Source: Camelus dromedarius
Lineage: Eukaryota
Length of the DNA stretch: 64,000 bases
Assembly (NCBI RefSeq): GCF_036321535.1
Contig: NC_087437.1
Coordinates: 40,364,001 to 40,428,000, forward strand
Direction of reading: 5' to 3'
The position numbers were made by a program, and so were the translations under genes. Under the pieces are notes generated by a model. It was not told the DNA's origin and searched no databases. It was given only the letters and a program-made list of their open reading frames with translations. Positions 51,931-64,000 of this stretch are shown here, one piece after another. Position 1 is the first letter of the stretch; each line of letters opens with the position of its first letter.

Positions 51931-52580
51931 GCTCAAAATGAACAAAAAATATGAGGAAAACTAAATTCCTCAGTCACACCAAATTTTTGGTCAAGTATGG
52001 ACTAGAAGCCAACTCTTCTTCCAGATCAGTATGATTCATGCTAGAATGCAGTCCTTTTTATAGACAAAGCAACTGTCTAGCAGACATGTTTTTTTAAAAC
52101 ACACACTGATATCTCATTGCATACAATTCCAGTCACTGGACTCCTAAATTACTCCTAAATTATCTCTCTCATGAAAACCTATAGAAAACTTATAGGGTAG
52201 AAAAATGTATAAGAAAACCAAATCAAACGAAGAGAAATGTAAATCATTAAATTACTTTAAAGAGGATTTTTTATATTAATGATAAACATCACCATTAAAA
52301 AAATTATCTAGTAAAAACACTTTGAAAAATATCATGGCCCTCTATAACAAGTCTTTCAATGTTGTGTGTAACCTGTAAAATTAATTTCACCAATGTTGGC
52401 TAATTATGAAAATGTACAATGAATTATCACACCTGTAGAAATGTCAGCCTTTGATGTGGAGATCCCAATGTGCTTGGCTATCCACATTGGCTAAGTGATA
52501 ATATTCTAGGCCAACTTGAGCCTTTACCTTACATATTAAGAAGAATAAAACTGCTGTTATCTCAAAGCCTCATGATCCTG

Positions 52581-52735
52581 TTAAGATTCCTTCAGAGAGT
52601 TGATGCGTGCACAGATCTTTAGGGCCGGGCCTAGCTTGATATTCATTGCACTCATAAGATGGTCTTCTTTTAGCAAGAGAAGAGCCTGTCCATCGATCTC
52701 TTGTGCTCTGAACTCATCTGCAATATCCTGGCAGC
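52581..52735 (-). CDS. PHC3: PHC3 last coding exon, SAM domain C-terminus (GCQDIADEFRAQEIDGQALLLLKEDHLMSAMNIKLGPALKICARINSLKES*)
   Basis: Polyhomeotic SAM motifs EIDGQALLLL and KLGPALKI; acceptor tttag|; TAA at 52581-52583. Confidence 0.97.
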
Positions 52736-55700
52736 CTAAAATTTGACCAGAGGAAGGATGTTAGTGTCAATACACATCAATTAGATGTTACTCCTAATAA
52801 TTACAGTTACACTCTCATTGGGTTTGAGTATCTGAAATACAGGCTAGAAACAAACGAAACATATTGATGGCAGTCTTGGCTTCACTCCTGAAGAAGAGAG
52901 TATTTCCTGGCATTCTGAAAAAAAAGAATTAATTCGAAATCCAGGTAAAGCAATTTATCTGGAATTCTTGTTTGAAAAATAATAATGCAGAAATAAATAG
53001 TAAGGGTCAGGTAAAATGTAGACTGATCAGTCCAGATATAACATACCTTCATGAAAAGGACAATGGTGTCAGCTGGAAGCATGCCACACACAGAAGCTTC
53101 GATCAACTAGTTACTATACCTCATGAATTTTTCTTTGTATAACAGATCCTTCACATACATACAGGTACAGAAGAATAAAATACAATATTCTGCTATTTAG
53201 AACAATTTAGAAATATTTTCTCAAGTGCCACTTTCATTATCATTTGTACCTTTATTCTAATTTACAACCTTCAATTGCCAAGCATATCTAAAACATTTTT
53301 ATTATTGACTCAGGGCAGAACCAATCCAACAAAACTGTAGTATCAATCTATTGCTGAAATGTATTACAATGCACAACTTGTAATTTCCACTTCAAATCTT
53401 AGTATCACTGGACTCATCTCCACTTCTAGTAAGAAAACACAAATTCTCACTGAAATTTTGAGCTTGCTGGCTATTCTCTTGACAAATAACCAGTATTTCA
53501 CCTCTCAGCATAAACCAGGTCCTTCAGCAAGTAACAATGCTAGCAATCTACTTGAACCTCAAACGTTATTATTATCTACCAAATTCTGCACAGCCAGGCT
53601 AATAAACTTCCCCACTGGGAAATCAGCAGAGAAGGTAATGAATTAAGGAAACACAAGAGGAGACAATGCAAAAATGTGGTCGCTTCCTTATAAGAGACAA
53701 AATTATAAAAATCAATTTAAGAATAAAAACTAACAGCTTAAAGTCTTTCTTTTTATTCAAATCAGGATTCAAAGGGAAAACAGAAAAGATAATGCAAAAT
53801 GGAAATTGTTACATTACATAAACCTTTGGATACACCTTTGTTGGAATGACTATTCTTTCTAGGGCAAATGTATCATCTTCTTGTTTATATAAGATGATAA
53901 TGTCATCCCTATAATCCGAGCATCAAGCACAAAATATTACAGGTGCTAAATACATACATTTTTGGATAAGTGAAGGACTATGAATGAATAATGAACAAAA
54001 ATGTAATCTGCTTAAAAGGAGCCATCTGTAAGAGTAATACGAACTTTCTTCCCCCCTGCACTCAGCTGTGTGGCCAGCTTTTCTTGGTTATTTCTTTTCC
54101 CACCTTCTCTGTTGGTTGTAGCCTTCCTGTTTCCCACGTATCAGTTAGCTTTTCAATTTCTCTATTTTAATCGTTTCTCAGACTTTCTAAAACTGACATT
54201 TCAAAAGTATCTATGCGAAATTTTTATGGTTTTGGCCATTTACCACATAAAAGAAACAATATAGTTAAAATGGGATTACTCACCATAGAAAAGCCCCTTT
54301 TCTTTTCCCAGAGGTAGCTCTCAAAACTGGGCAGACAAAACTGACTAATCTTGCATCTAGTTGTGACTTCAACCTTCTTTTTATGAAAGAACTAACGTTC
54401 TTCTCTCTTCAGTCTTACTTACAAGAACACAGGGAAGAAAAGAAGAGAGAGAAAGATAGGATAGGACTTACTTAGATTCAGAAAACAGGAGCAATGAGAA
54501 GTAGTGAGGACCATAGGAGCTACATTTGGGAATAGAAACAAGGAGTTCTCCATGAAGAAATAGACAGCCTGTGCTTATTCCTCTGTATTATCAGATCCCT
54601 CTCCAAATGTCTTCTTGTAGGTGGACAGCAAATGTATCAGCAAAATAATAAAGAATAAGAAGTGTCTGGGGAAACAGCATGATCAAACAGGAATGCATTA
54701 TCTTCAGAAGTTTGGATCACAACTTTCTTAAGCCAACCACAAAAAAAGGTAGTAATATGCTAGTATAGAAATAAAAAAATAAAGCAACTTCAAAAGGGAG
54801 GGAGGAAGCAAAAGCAATTATGCTTCCAGAAACTCATTAGAGAAAGATACATTTTTTTAAAAAAAACTATACACTCAAGATATACTATGCTAAAGTTCTA
54901 TGAGTTTCTGACATATCCAGAATCTACTTCTGTTAAACAGCTGGTGCCCCAGGGACATTACAAAACATAACCCAACTGCAGCAACCAGTCAGCTCAGCTG
55001 GCTTTACATCAACAGAAGCAGCCATCAGTCTAGGCATGGACCTCTGGACACGGACATGGGTCCCAATGAACTTTCTAAGTGTCCAGTCACCTTTCCAGCT
55101 AAACTTTACTAAAGCAAAAACACCCTGCACAAAAAATACCTTCAGTAAAAATGGTGAAAAGATATCACCTGCACTCAGTACTACAGAATAAACAAGTCCC
55201 AGTATTAGTATGATGAAAACCAGTAAATAATGTTTTTAGACAATTTGTACTTTAAATGCCTACAGAGAAACCAAATCTACTGGAGGTTTACAGATCAACA
55301 AACACAGACTAAACTGATCTTTGCAAAAAGCAGTTCATTGTTATCAAGTTAGAGTTAAAGAAGGTAACTGCAGTAAACTGAAAATAAAAGGAACCATTCC
55401 TATAGAGAACTTCTTAATGTACAAATATTTAGAAGAAAATAATTTTTCACTCTGGAAATAGCTCTGAGATTGGTCTGTGTATCAGCTCTAATATGGCTCC
55501 ACCAATATGGTTCACAAGGTGACACTATACAAACAGAAGAGAAAACTCCAGGAATAAACATAGGTATCCTAATAAAAGAGGGAAACCTCAACTGGAAAGA
55601 AACAAAATTGAAGAGATTTCAAAATTTACAAGTCTGGCCACTCCATAAGAAAAGCTCAGCAGTAGTCTACTGGGTGGGGGTGGGGGGGTGGAATCCAGCC

Positions 55701-56721
55701 ATGAAGGAGCTGCAAGAGGCTCAAAAGGAAGTTTATAAAGGACAGAACATAGAGAAGTGAAGACAGAGGCATTTTCTGCCATGAGATTTGCCTTAAGCTA
55801 CAGGCGTTGTTCAGATAAAAACCCCAGGAAAGAAAATGTAACTGAGCACACAAATAAGCTTGTTATTTAGTCTGTCAAAGCAGCTGGGAAATACTCTCAT
55901 TTACTCAGTAAAAGAAAAGCAGAGTTATATTCAGCAGACTCATAAACAGCACCAAGCAATTCTAAATTAAAGCAGTCTCCTTTATATGTAATGTTCTCTA
56001 AACAACTGGCAACAAAATTAAGTGTCTTGATGAACTCACTAAGACAGGCATCTCAAGTTATAAAAAATTATTTTTTTCAAGTCAAATAAAGCAAGAATGA
56101 GACAAAGAAGTTAGCCTTTGTTCTAATAAAGCAGCCAAGAGTATCCTCATGGCAAATGGATGCTAAGGAACATCAGAAAACAAGCCCTAAAAAATAGCAT
56201 ATGAAGTGATAGAAGAATCAGCAATATTATTTATTTAGCCAACTACTTTCCTGTTCCCCAAAGGAAAAGAAATATTTTCCCCCAAATGAGAAATAAGGCT
56301 AACGAACAGCTCACATACCCTAAAACTATGTCTGAAGATGACAGAATCAAAGTCCAGACCAAGGGATCAGTGTTGATTCCAAAGTTAATTCTCAACATAT
56401 CTAGACTGATATAAAACCTAAAATTTATTTCAGAAAATATTAAAACCGTAATCAGGGAAGACTCACCTCCTCTAAATATGTCAGTTTTTTAAAGCAGATT
56501 TTAAACCCACATAGTCAGTACTTAACTCACACCTAAAGGTTTTCCTAGGTGTGTGTTTAAGTATCTTTCCATGAAAAATGTATCCCTTCTTTAAACAATT
56601 TCATCTTTCTTTGAAAGTGACCATATCTTGTTTTAAAAAAAAAGAACCAAACTTTTTTAGCATTTCTAAAATTAGCTATTGAAAAAAAATAAAATTTTTG
56701 AGATATATATATATATATATA

Positions 56722-57194
56722 TCTTCTTCAACTTACATCCCAATAAACCCATCATAAGTTGAAAACATCATTAAGTCAAAAATACATTTAATAGACCCAA
56801 TCTTCCGAACATCATAGCTTAGGCTAGGCGACCTTAAACATCCTCCAGAACACTTACGTTAGCCTAATGAAAGTTGGGCAAAATCATCAAACACAAAGCC
56901 TATTTTATAATAAAGTACTGAATCTTATGGAATTTACTGAATACTGTGAAAAACAGATGGTTTTATGGGTACAAAATGGTTGTGAGTATATCTTACCCTC
57001 GTGATTGTGTGGCTGACTGGGATCTGTGGCTTGCTACCCTGCCCAGCTTGAGAAGAAAGTATAGTACTGCATCTGTCTAGCAAAGATCAAAATTCAAGAT
57101 TTGAAGCACGGTTTCTACTGAATGCGTACCACTTTCACACCATCATAAAGTCAAAAGATTGTAAGTCAATCCATCATAAGTCAGGGGTCATCTG
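56722..57194 (+). mobile_element. MER47-like TcMar-Tigger element
   Basis: ATAAACCCATCATAAGTTGAAAA..GAACATCATAGCTTAG.. and a 3' TIR CCATCATAAGTCAGGGGTCATCTG followed by TA. Confidence 0.75.
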
Positions 57195-58312
57195 TATAAG
57201 GTAAATGGCTGATAAATTTTTTAAAAAAGCAGAATACTTCTGAACATACTTTCTTCACTCACACAACACTTTAGTTATAAGTTTGCTTCCGAGACAGTGG
57301 TCACCTTCACAGAAAGATTAAACAAAAATAGCTGGGTTAATTTTAATAAGTCTGTAGACAAGTTCAAAGGGGATATCATTTTTCTGGAAAGCTTGTGTCA
57401 AAGAGAAATGGTATAATTCACCAAAAAAAAAAAAAACTGGAACAAATATTTTAAAAGTCTTATTTTCCATATTCATAAAGTCAAAATGAGTAATAAAGAT
57501 TTGCTGATTTAAAATATATAGTCTTAATATATATAGCCAGTGTGGGTCTCAGCATGAGCAGCATGAGCAGCTGTTATTTAGTAGCCAGCCCCTTAGAGGA
57601 AGTGGATATAGAAGATTATTGTTGTATTAAAGAAAAAAGATAAAGAACATAATGGCAACTTAAGCTGATCGAAGAAGTTCCAAATGAGAGAGCAGAAAAC
57701 ATAAATAAGAAAGTTACCCTCAATACTGGAACGAATTCTAGTTGTCTACTTAATTTCAGAAGTGGTCTTAATGTCTACTTACTGCAAAGAATCAAAGAAT
57801 GCAGCTACTTCTAAAAGAACCAGCTTAATTTTTCAAAAGAAACCAAAATTTTATATACTAAAAGGTCTTATTAGCTTTCAAAAATGTTTTTTAAAAATTA
57901 TTTCTTATTTCATTTTAAAAAGGTTAAAGTAGGAAATAAGGAGGAAATAAGGAATAAAAAACTTGAAGAGCAGAAGGGAAGAAGTGTCTGACTCAATCTC
58001 TCTACTGACCTCTCGAGAGAAATCAGACTGAAGAGAAGAGAGCACCTTTAGTATCTTCACCGGCTGAGGTGTCACAGCAGAAGCAGGACTAGTCAGTTTT
58101 TATCAACTTGGAAGGTATGAGAAAATACCCAGTTGTGCTGAGGGAATAAGCAAGAGGAAACAGATCACATTTCAATAGCAAATGCCATTTAAAGGGTACA
58201 TATACAGAGAACTTCTCTAGCCCTTTTGTGCAACAGGATGGACGGATCTAGCGTCATTCCAGCGTGTGAATGCACAAGAAACGTACTAAGGCCAAAGTGG
58301 TGAATCACATAC

Positions 58313-58544
58313 CAGGCAAAGAATGGATGAAGGCCCAGACGTCATCAACTGTCCATATAGATGGCTCTGTTTGTGCAACTGGTAGCAAGTCACTGTTCTC
58401 GGGCATTTTTCTCATTCTCACGTCACGAAGCTCACGTTCTCTTTCCCGCTCACTTTGCCTGCGCAGGCGTGTTGTCATAGCAGATGGCACAGAATCTTCA
58501 TGAGAAGCCAAGTCTTCTTCTGCAGATGGATAAGTAATTGGAAG
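58313..58544 (-). CDS. PHC3: PHC3 penultimate exon (LPITYPSAEED...EPSIWTVDDVWAFIHSLP), start of the SAM domain
   Basis: Acceptor ttttccag|, donor G|gtatgt, 232 nt; WTVDDV is a SAM-domain signature. Confidence 0.96.
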
Positions 58545-58635
58545 CTGGAAAATGTAGTACAAGTAAAATACAGCACTGCACTTTCCTTGTATTTCTGAAA
58601 AGAGTATTGTACATTGAAGCAAGGTTTCTACAGAC

Positions 58636-58768
58636 CTGCCTAAGGATATGGTCTCTTGCTGCCCCATCAGGGCCACTTGGACGACGACCACGATGCCCAA
58701 GACTTTGATTATCAGGCTTACGATTCCAACGACTAAGTGCAAATTTTTTAGAACAGCTAACATTGTAC
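58636..58768 (-). CDS. PHC3: PHC3 coding exon (YNVSCSKKFALSRWNRKPDNQSLGHRGRRPSGPDGAARDHILRQ)
   Basis: AG/GT boundaries, 133 nt, continues the reading frame, matches recalled PHC3 sequence. Confidence 0.93.
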
Positions 58769-59408
58769 CTAAGAAATTCAAGTAAGAAAAAATATTAAAT
58801 AATGTATGGGACACTCCATTTAGTAATTAATCATGACCTTAAAGTGAATCAGAAAGTGCCATTTACTTCATTATGGACAGTAATACCTAAGAAAGTAAAC
58901 CACAGTATTTAATAGACTTATTTATGCTAACAGTTAAAAAAAAAAAGGCCTCTTTATACATCACAACATAGTTCTCAATGTAATATTAGACACCTTTAGC
59001 AAGGTATTGATGTTTTCTTCTAAAAACAGCATGACAGTGGGAGGCTTTCTGCAAAATACAGAGAATAACATTTTTTTTGAGCAGTAAAATAATTCAAGTT
59101 TCCAGGAGAAAAAGAAGTTATGAATTAACTATTTAGATGTTCACTGAAACTGTTATTTTCTCAAGTAATCATTTCTGAAGAGAGAATAATGAAAAGAGCT
59201 TAATTTAGTAGAGAGAGAGGAAATCTCAAATGGCCAGTAAAATATTTTTCAAATGTAACTAAAACTGAAGAGTGAAAATGTAGTTTAGACTTCAAAATAC
59301 ACAACGAATTCATGGCTCTCACTTCAGGAAATTCAAGTATATGTAATTCTTTGAAATTGGCTTAAAGATTTTATTTTACCAAAACAGACTGTCTAATATA
59401 TACATTTT

Positions 59409-59509
59409 AATTATGGAATACTTCATGAATTTGCCATCATCCTTGCCCAGGGGCCATGCTAATCTCTGCATCGTTCCAATTTTTGAATATGTGCTGTCAA
59501 AGTGAGCAC
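59409..59509 (-). pseudogene. RNU6: U6 snRNA retropseudogene
   Basis: The reverse complement reads GTGCTCACTTTGACAGCACATATTCAAAAATTGGAACGATGCAGAGATTAGCATGGCCCCTGGGCAAGGATGATGGCAAATTCATGAAGTATTCCATA, a full-length but mutated U6. Degenerate TSD tctaatat/tctagtat. Confidence 0.93.
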
Positions 59510-59598
59510 TCTAGTATTTTTTAATGTAGACCTTTATAAGGCATGACAACAGCTTAAAAAGAGTCCTATGCCTTTTACTGGGTTCCAGTGCCCTAGAA

Positions 59599-59912
59599 CA
59601 GAGGCTGGCAAACTTCTTCTATAAAGGGCCTGATAGTAAATATTTTAGGCTTTGTAGGCTACACGAGTTTCTGGTACAACTACTCAACTCTGCAACTGTA
59701 ACATGAAAACAGCCATAGACAATGAGCACGGCTGTGTTCCAATAAAACTTTACTTAATAACACTTATATTTGAATTGTATACAATTTTCATGTGTCACAA
59801 GATATTATTCTTTTGATTCTTTTTCAACCACCTAAAAACTATCCTTAGTTCAGGGGCCATACAAAAATAAGCTACACAAAGGACTCAGCCTGGGCATGGT
59901 TTGCCAACTCTT
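59599..59912 (+). mobile_element. MER58B-like hAT-Charlie element
   Basis: TIRs ..TGGCAAAC / GTTTGCCA..; TAAAGGGCC.GATAGTAAATATTTTAGGCTTTG. Confidence 0.78.
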
Positions 59913-61704
59913 TCCCTAGAAAGAAGAGTGAAAAGAAAGAATCAAAGAAACGAATTTCTGAAAAGCTATGGAAGGCTAAGAAATATACACACAGTTCCTT
60001 TCTTTTTCTTTTTTTTTTTTTAACATATAAATCTGTCACTTTAATTTCTTATTTTCAAAACTCTTGCTCTAAGATGATTTTTCAGGAAAATGAAAAAATA
60101 ATAAATCCCAATTAACTTTGCTATTAATAACTGTTCTAAGACCAATATACAGATATCAAAAATAAATGTTCCTCACCTATGTTTTATGAAAATATCAGGA
60201 GTGAATTGGCTGTTTTTCCCCTAAAAATATAAAAAAGAAAAAAGTGCCCTGATGGCCATTTCATTTTACTCTAAAACAATTAACCAAGCTCCTCCTGTGT
60301 TCATGATCCTCATCTGTGGGCTCAGCTCTGAAGGTTTCTGATTTCCAATCACATCAACTGACAAAACTTCTTTCCCAACTGACTAGAGAACAAAGGAGAG
60401 AGACTAAACTTTGCTTTTTAGTCCTTGCTATTTAGTCCTTAAATATTTAGATCTCTAAGACAGATAGCTAGGCAGGCAGACAGGTAAACCGTAGTTCTTA
60501 CCTGACCTAATTTATCCTCTCCTCCTTGCTCTTCTCTCATCTGCATTTTCCTATGTTAGGATCCCTAAACCTCTAAAGAGTTTCACCTAAAGGTACATAA
60601 CGTGACAGCTCACCAATCATCTCTGGGAAAAGAGTGATGGTAGTTGTGTTAAATGTCCTGAAATATTTCTAAATAGTCTAAAGTTTAAAATATTCTGAAA
60701 GGCATTTCTTTTCCCTCAGTTTTTAATCTCTTAGAACCAGAGAGCCGCTATTCTTTCCTGAGGTACATGCAAATCGGAAAACTCCCAAGTCAAAACAGGA
60801 GTTATATAATTTGATGAGGACTATCAATAACATGAAAGAATATATATCTGAATAACAGATTGACAATTGAGAAATCAATAACCCATTTTTAGAGAAAAAT
60901 ACTTACACTACTTATTTAACTTAGGTTTTACTAAATAGATTTTAGTGGCACCATAATAAATAATATGTTCAAGCAAGAAATTACCTAGATGTGCCATTAA
61001 GATCTCAAATTCTTTGAGAGAATAATAACTTTTGGAACAGAGAACAAATTTGAAAATAATCAACTTGTGCACACACTTCACCATTAGTGGGAAATACCTA
61101 TATGGGCTTTACTATCAGAATCAGAGGGGTTTTCTTTAATGTAAACTAAACTTGTGACAAGTTCAATGAAGATACTAAAATTTCTTTTGTTAGTAATACT
61201 ATTTACCTATAATATTACTATTGAAAATACAGATTTAGAAAAGACAGATATTTTGGTGTCTGGTAATGTAACAATGTGGAGAACTTATGCTAAGCTATCT
61301 CACTTAGAAACCTGAAATAGGATATGGCTAAAAGAAATTAAAACATTTTAAAACGTAACCAAGTAAATCCAGGTATTTCAATACTGATAAAACAAATATT
61401 ATTTTGCTACCTTAAGGAACAGTAGTCTATGTATACAGGAGGGATTCTCCTAAACATATTCTTACCACCAGGAGATTGCTACTTCCATATTAGATTATGC
61501 TGTATGTGTTAGGAATATGCAAATTTCACAGAGCAAAATTTAAAGACTAAAAACTAAAGTAGCACCAGATAATGCCTATTTGATACCATTCATCTGTGAT
61601 ATCTAGTTTTGACTAATTGTAAACTCTATTCTAAGTTTTCTGGTTTTGTTAGCACTGTATGTTGGTTTTTGCTTTATTTAGTAAATTCAAGGGAAAAATA
61701 ATAC

Positions 61705-61819
61705 CTCTTGGCACATGACATAGTGCAGAATCGTTTTGACCGCAGAAATTCATTAGCATATCCCATCTTCCCACAGAATTCACACTTGAGCAACTCACTG
61801 TCCATTTCTTCTAATGTCT
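61705..61819 (-). CDS. PHC3: PHC3 coding exon, FCS-type zinc finger (TLEEMDSELLKCEFCGKMGYANEFLRSKRFCTMSCAKR)
   Basis: CxxC...FCTMSC motif; acceptor ttttag| and donor AG|gtatta; phase is compatible with the next exon. Confidence 0.95.
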
Positions 61820-64000
61820 CTAAAAAGAAGGAAACAAAGGGAAAAACTTCCAAAAATTTAATTGTGGCAGATTTTCTTTTAGCTTCTACTTTGGTTGGAT
61901 GCTGCTAGTTCAGACCCTCCAGGAAACTTAAAAGGAATGGTCTTTTAACTTTTTAATCTATAGCCACTTTGGCCAGACAAAAGCCCCCCAAAACAACCAC
62001 TTCCACCAACTCCCTCTTGCTCCTGTATAAAAATTTCACGGAGTTTCTCTATATAAATAAGCAATAAATTTCTAAAGGTTCACTTTGATAAGATTCCAAC
62101 CTATCTAAAATGTGCAGATAAGACAAAGTCACTACCTTTCAAGTGGAACACTTTCAGAAAGCATCATGTATATATTAATTTTGATACATTGTGAATATAT
62201 GAATTTTGATATATAGAGAGCAGAAAACACAATTCTAACTGGAAGAATGAGGATGACTCCAAAAGAAGGTAAAATTTTGATATGTCCGATTTCAGAGGAG
62301 CATTTCATATAATTAACACTCTCAAAGATCTGCAGTGTACAACAAAATATATAAAGATGTATTTATCTAATTATAAAACAGTCCCTTTTAGTTACATCAT
62401 ATTAAAAATCACCAATAGTTTTGTAACTTCTAACCTCTGCTCCTTTTTGCCAGGGTGTTCTGTTAAGTTAGAATGTCCTTCCTCCACCTCTATATCCATA
62501 ACTTTCTTCAAGCCTTACCACAGGACTCAAAGAAACTTCCTACCTAAATCCTCAAGTATTCAGCAGCAGTCACCTATAAGCCAGCAACTTAATCTTCATG
62601 ACCCATAGTCTTCTCATCTGTAAAATGGAGTTTATAATACCTTTTCCCAAAGACTTGCCAAGAAGATTACATACATGTCCAACAGGTAGTAGGCATAAAA
62701 AAGTGACTGTTCCATTTCCTATTTTCCACGTATGAACTAAGAGTGTAAGACCTGTAGTAAGTGCTTAAGAACTACTTCAATGAAAACTGTTAAATTTTTA
62801 AATCCACCATAATTTGCCACTTTCATGCATCACCACAATTCCTACACCAAGTCATATAAAATATACCAAAAAAGCACTCCGCTAACTAAAGCTTTTAGCT
62901 GTAAGCTCCATATGTGCTTTTCTGTGTTATTCATTTAACCAAGACTTGTTAAGATTAAGAAAGGGACTCTGAAATGTAGACATGGATGACATGTACTCAA
63001 TACATTCAAGCATCACAGTATTCTAGTGTTACTGTAGAAGCAAAAGGCAAAGTGCTAAATCAAGTGAAGGTAGTGAGAACAACCGAAAAATATACTATTA
63101 AATACTGGAAGTTCCAAGGGACATCCAAATACACTGTCATGACTGATCAAATCATAAACTAGCAAGTGATCATCTTAAGAAAATTCTCAGGACTACCTTC
63201 ATAAGCAAAACTCAGCTATTCAGTAGCGATGAGGAAGAGTCTCAAAACAAGTAAAATAAAAATTGCTCCTTCCAATGACCTAGAGACAGCTTTCACACAC
63301 CTGTGCTCCACAACACATTCCTTGGACCTAGTGTCATAACTTCAAGGAGTATTGTTTTCACTTTGTCATGCCTGTAACCAGATCCAACCTGGAAAAGCCT
63401 GTACTGGAGACAGAACCTCTCACTTCACCACCACCACCACCAATCCAGTCCCAAAGAGTCCATTCCTCAAGCTGTTCCATTTCCAGACTATACTGAAAGC
63501 TTTATTTCAAAAGTTTTTATAATTAACATAACAATATGCAACACTTGATAATAGGTTAGAATACCTTATGAAGGAGAAGGAAATGTTTTTGCTGGTGAGA
63601 GAGGGGAGATTCCAAACAGGTATGGTCTAAGGGTTTACAACCTGACAAAAATAGAACATCAGTTTTATTTCTCATAAAGAAGAGAGGAACATTAACAGAT
63701 TAAAAAAAAAAAAACCCAGTTCTAATGTTTGGTCAGAATTTTAACAAATCTGGTAATGTTACCAAGGCTACTTTTTCACATTTGTGAATAAAAAATTACA
63801 AAGCCAAGTAAGTTTTTAAACACTGTTGCATTAGCTAATAAAGATGGGATTCTATGGCAGAGATAGCTGGTAATTCTCTAAAATCCATTCTTCATTTCCG
63901 TAGTAACAAAGTCCTAATTTTTAGCTAGGAATACGGCCACTGAGAATAAAAAGCAGTTTCTGCCCTACGTGTGGCCAATTTCTGACCAATGACATGTGAA

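Larger units (their letters stand above)
43730..52580 (-). other. PHC3: Long PHC3 3'UTR (~8.8 kb); distal end inferred
   Basis: Repeat-poor AT-rich stretch after the stop codon, with AATAAA on the - strand at 43750-43755. PHC3 is recalled to have a very long 3'UTR. Confidence 0.65.

Noticed and set aside
58305..58814. 169-aa ORF as a standalone gene
   Set aside because: Only 58313-58544 is real PHC3 coding sequence in this frame; the rest is intron or the wrong frame of the preceding exon.
1..64000. Novel prokaryote-style system (CRISPR array, operon, defence island)
   Set aside because: The sequence is mammalian, with spliceosomal introns and LINE/SINE repeats. No regularly spaced repeats or dense ORF clusters were seen.

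Overview
Mammalian (eutherian) genomic DNA, most likely a camelid, because it carries several copies of a short tRNA-Ala-derived SINE resembling the camelid vic-1 family. It is not prokaryotic. The + strand holds the GPR160 gene: a CpG-island promoter at ~8.6-9.5 kb, candidate non-coding 5' exons, and a single coding exon at 41532-42560 (342-aa 7TM orphan GPCR). Tail-to-tail on the - strand lies the 3' end of PHC3 (Polyhomeotic-like 3): four coding exons spanning the FCS zinc finger to the SAM domain, plus a ~8.8 kb 3'UTR. The rest is interspersed repeats (L1, L2, MIR, ERV/MaLR LTRs, MER DNA transposons, SINEs) and one U6 snRNA retrocopy. I found no evidence for a novel multi-gene system. The most notable items are regulatory or structural: the uORF plus poly(A)-tract leader of GPR160, a nested inverted L1 pair able to form long dsRNA, a clean solo LTR with TF motifs upstream of the GPR160 promoter, a 91-nt weak-donor PHC3 intron, and three miR-181 8mer sites in the PHC3 3'UTR. 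Gene and repeat family names come from recognition and recall, not from database searches. Repeat boundaries without target-site duplications (TSDs) are approximate.
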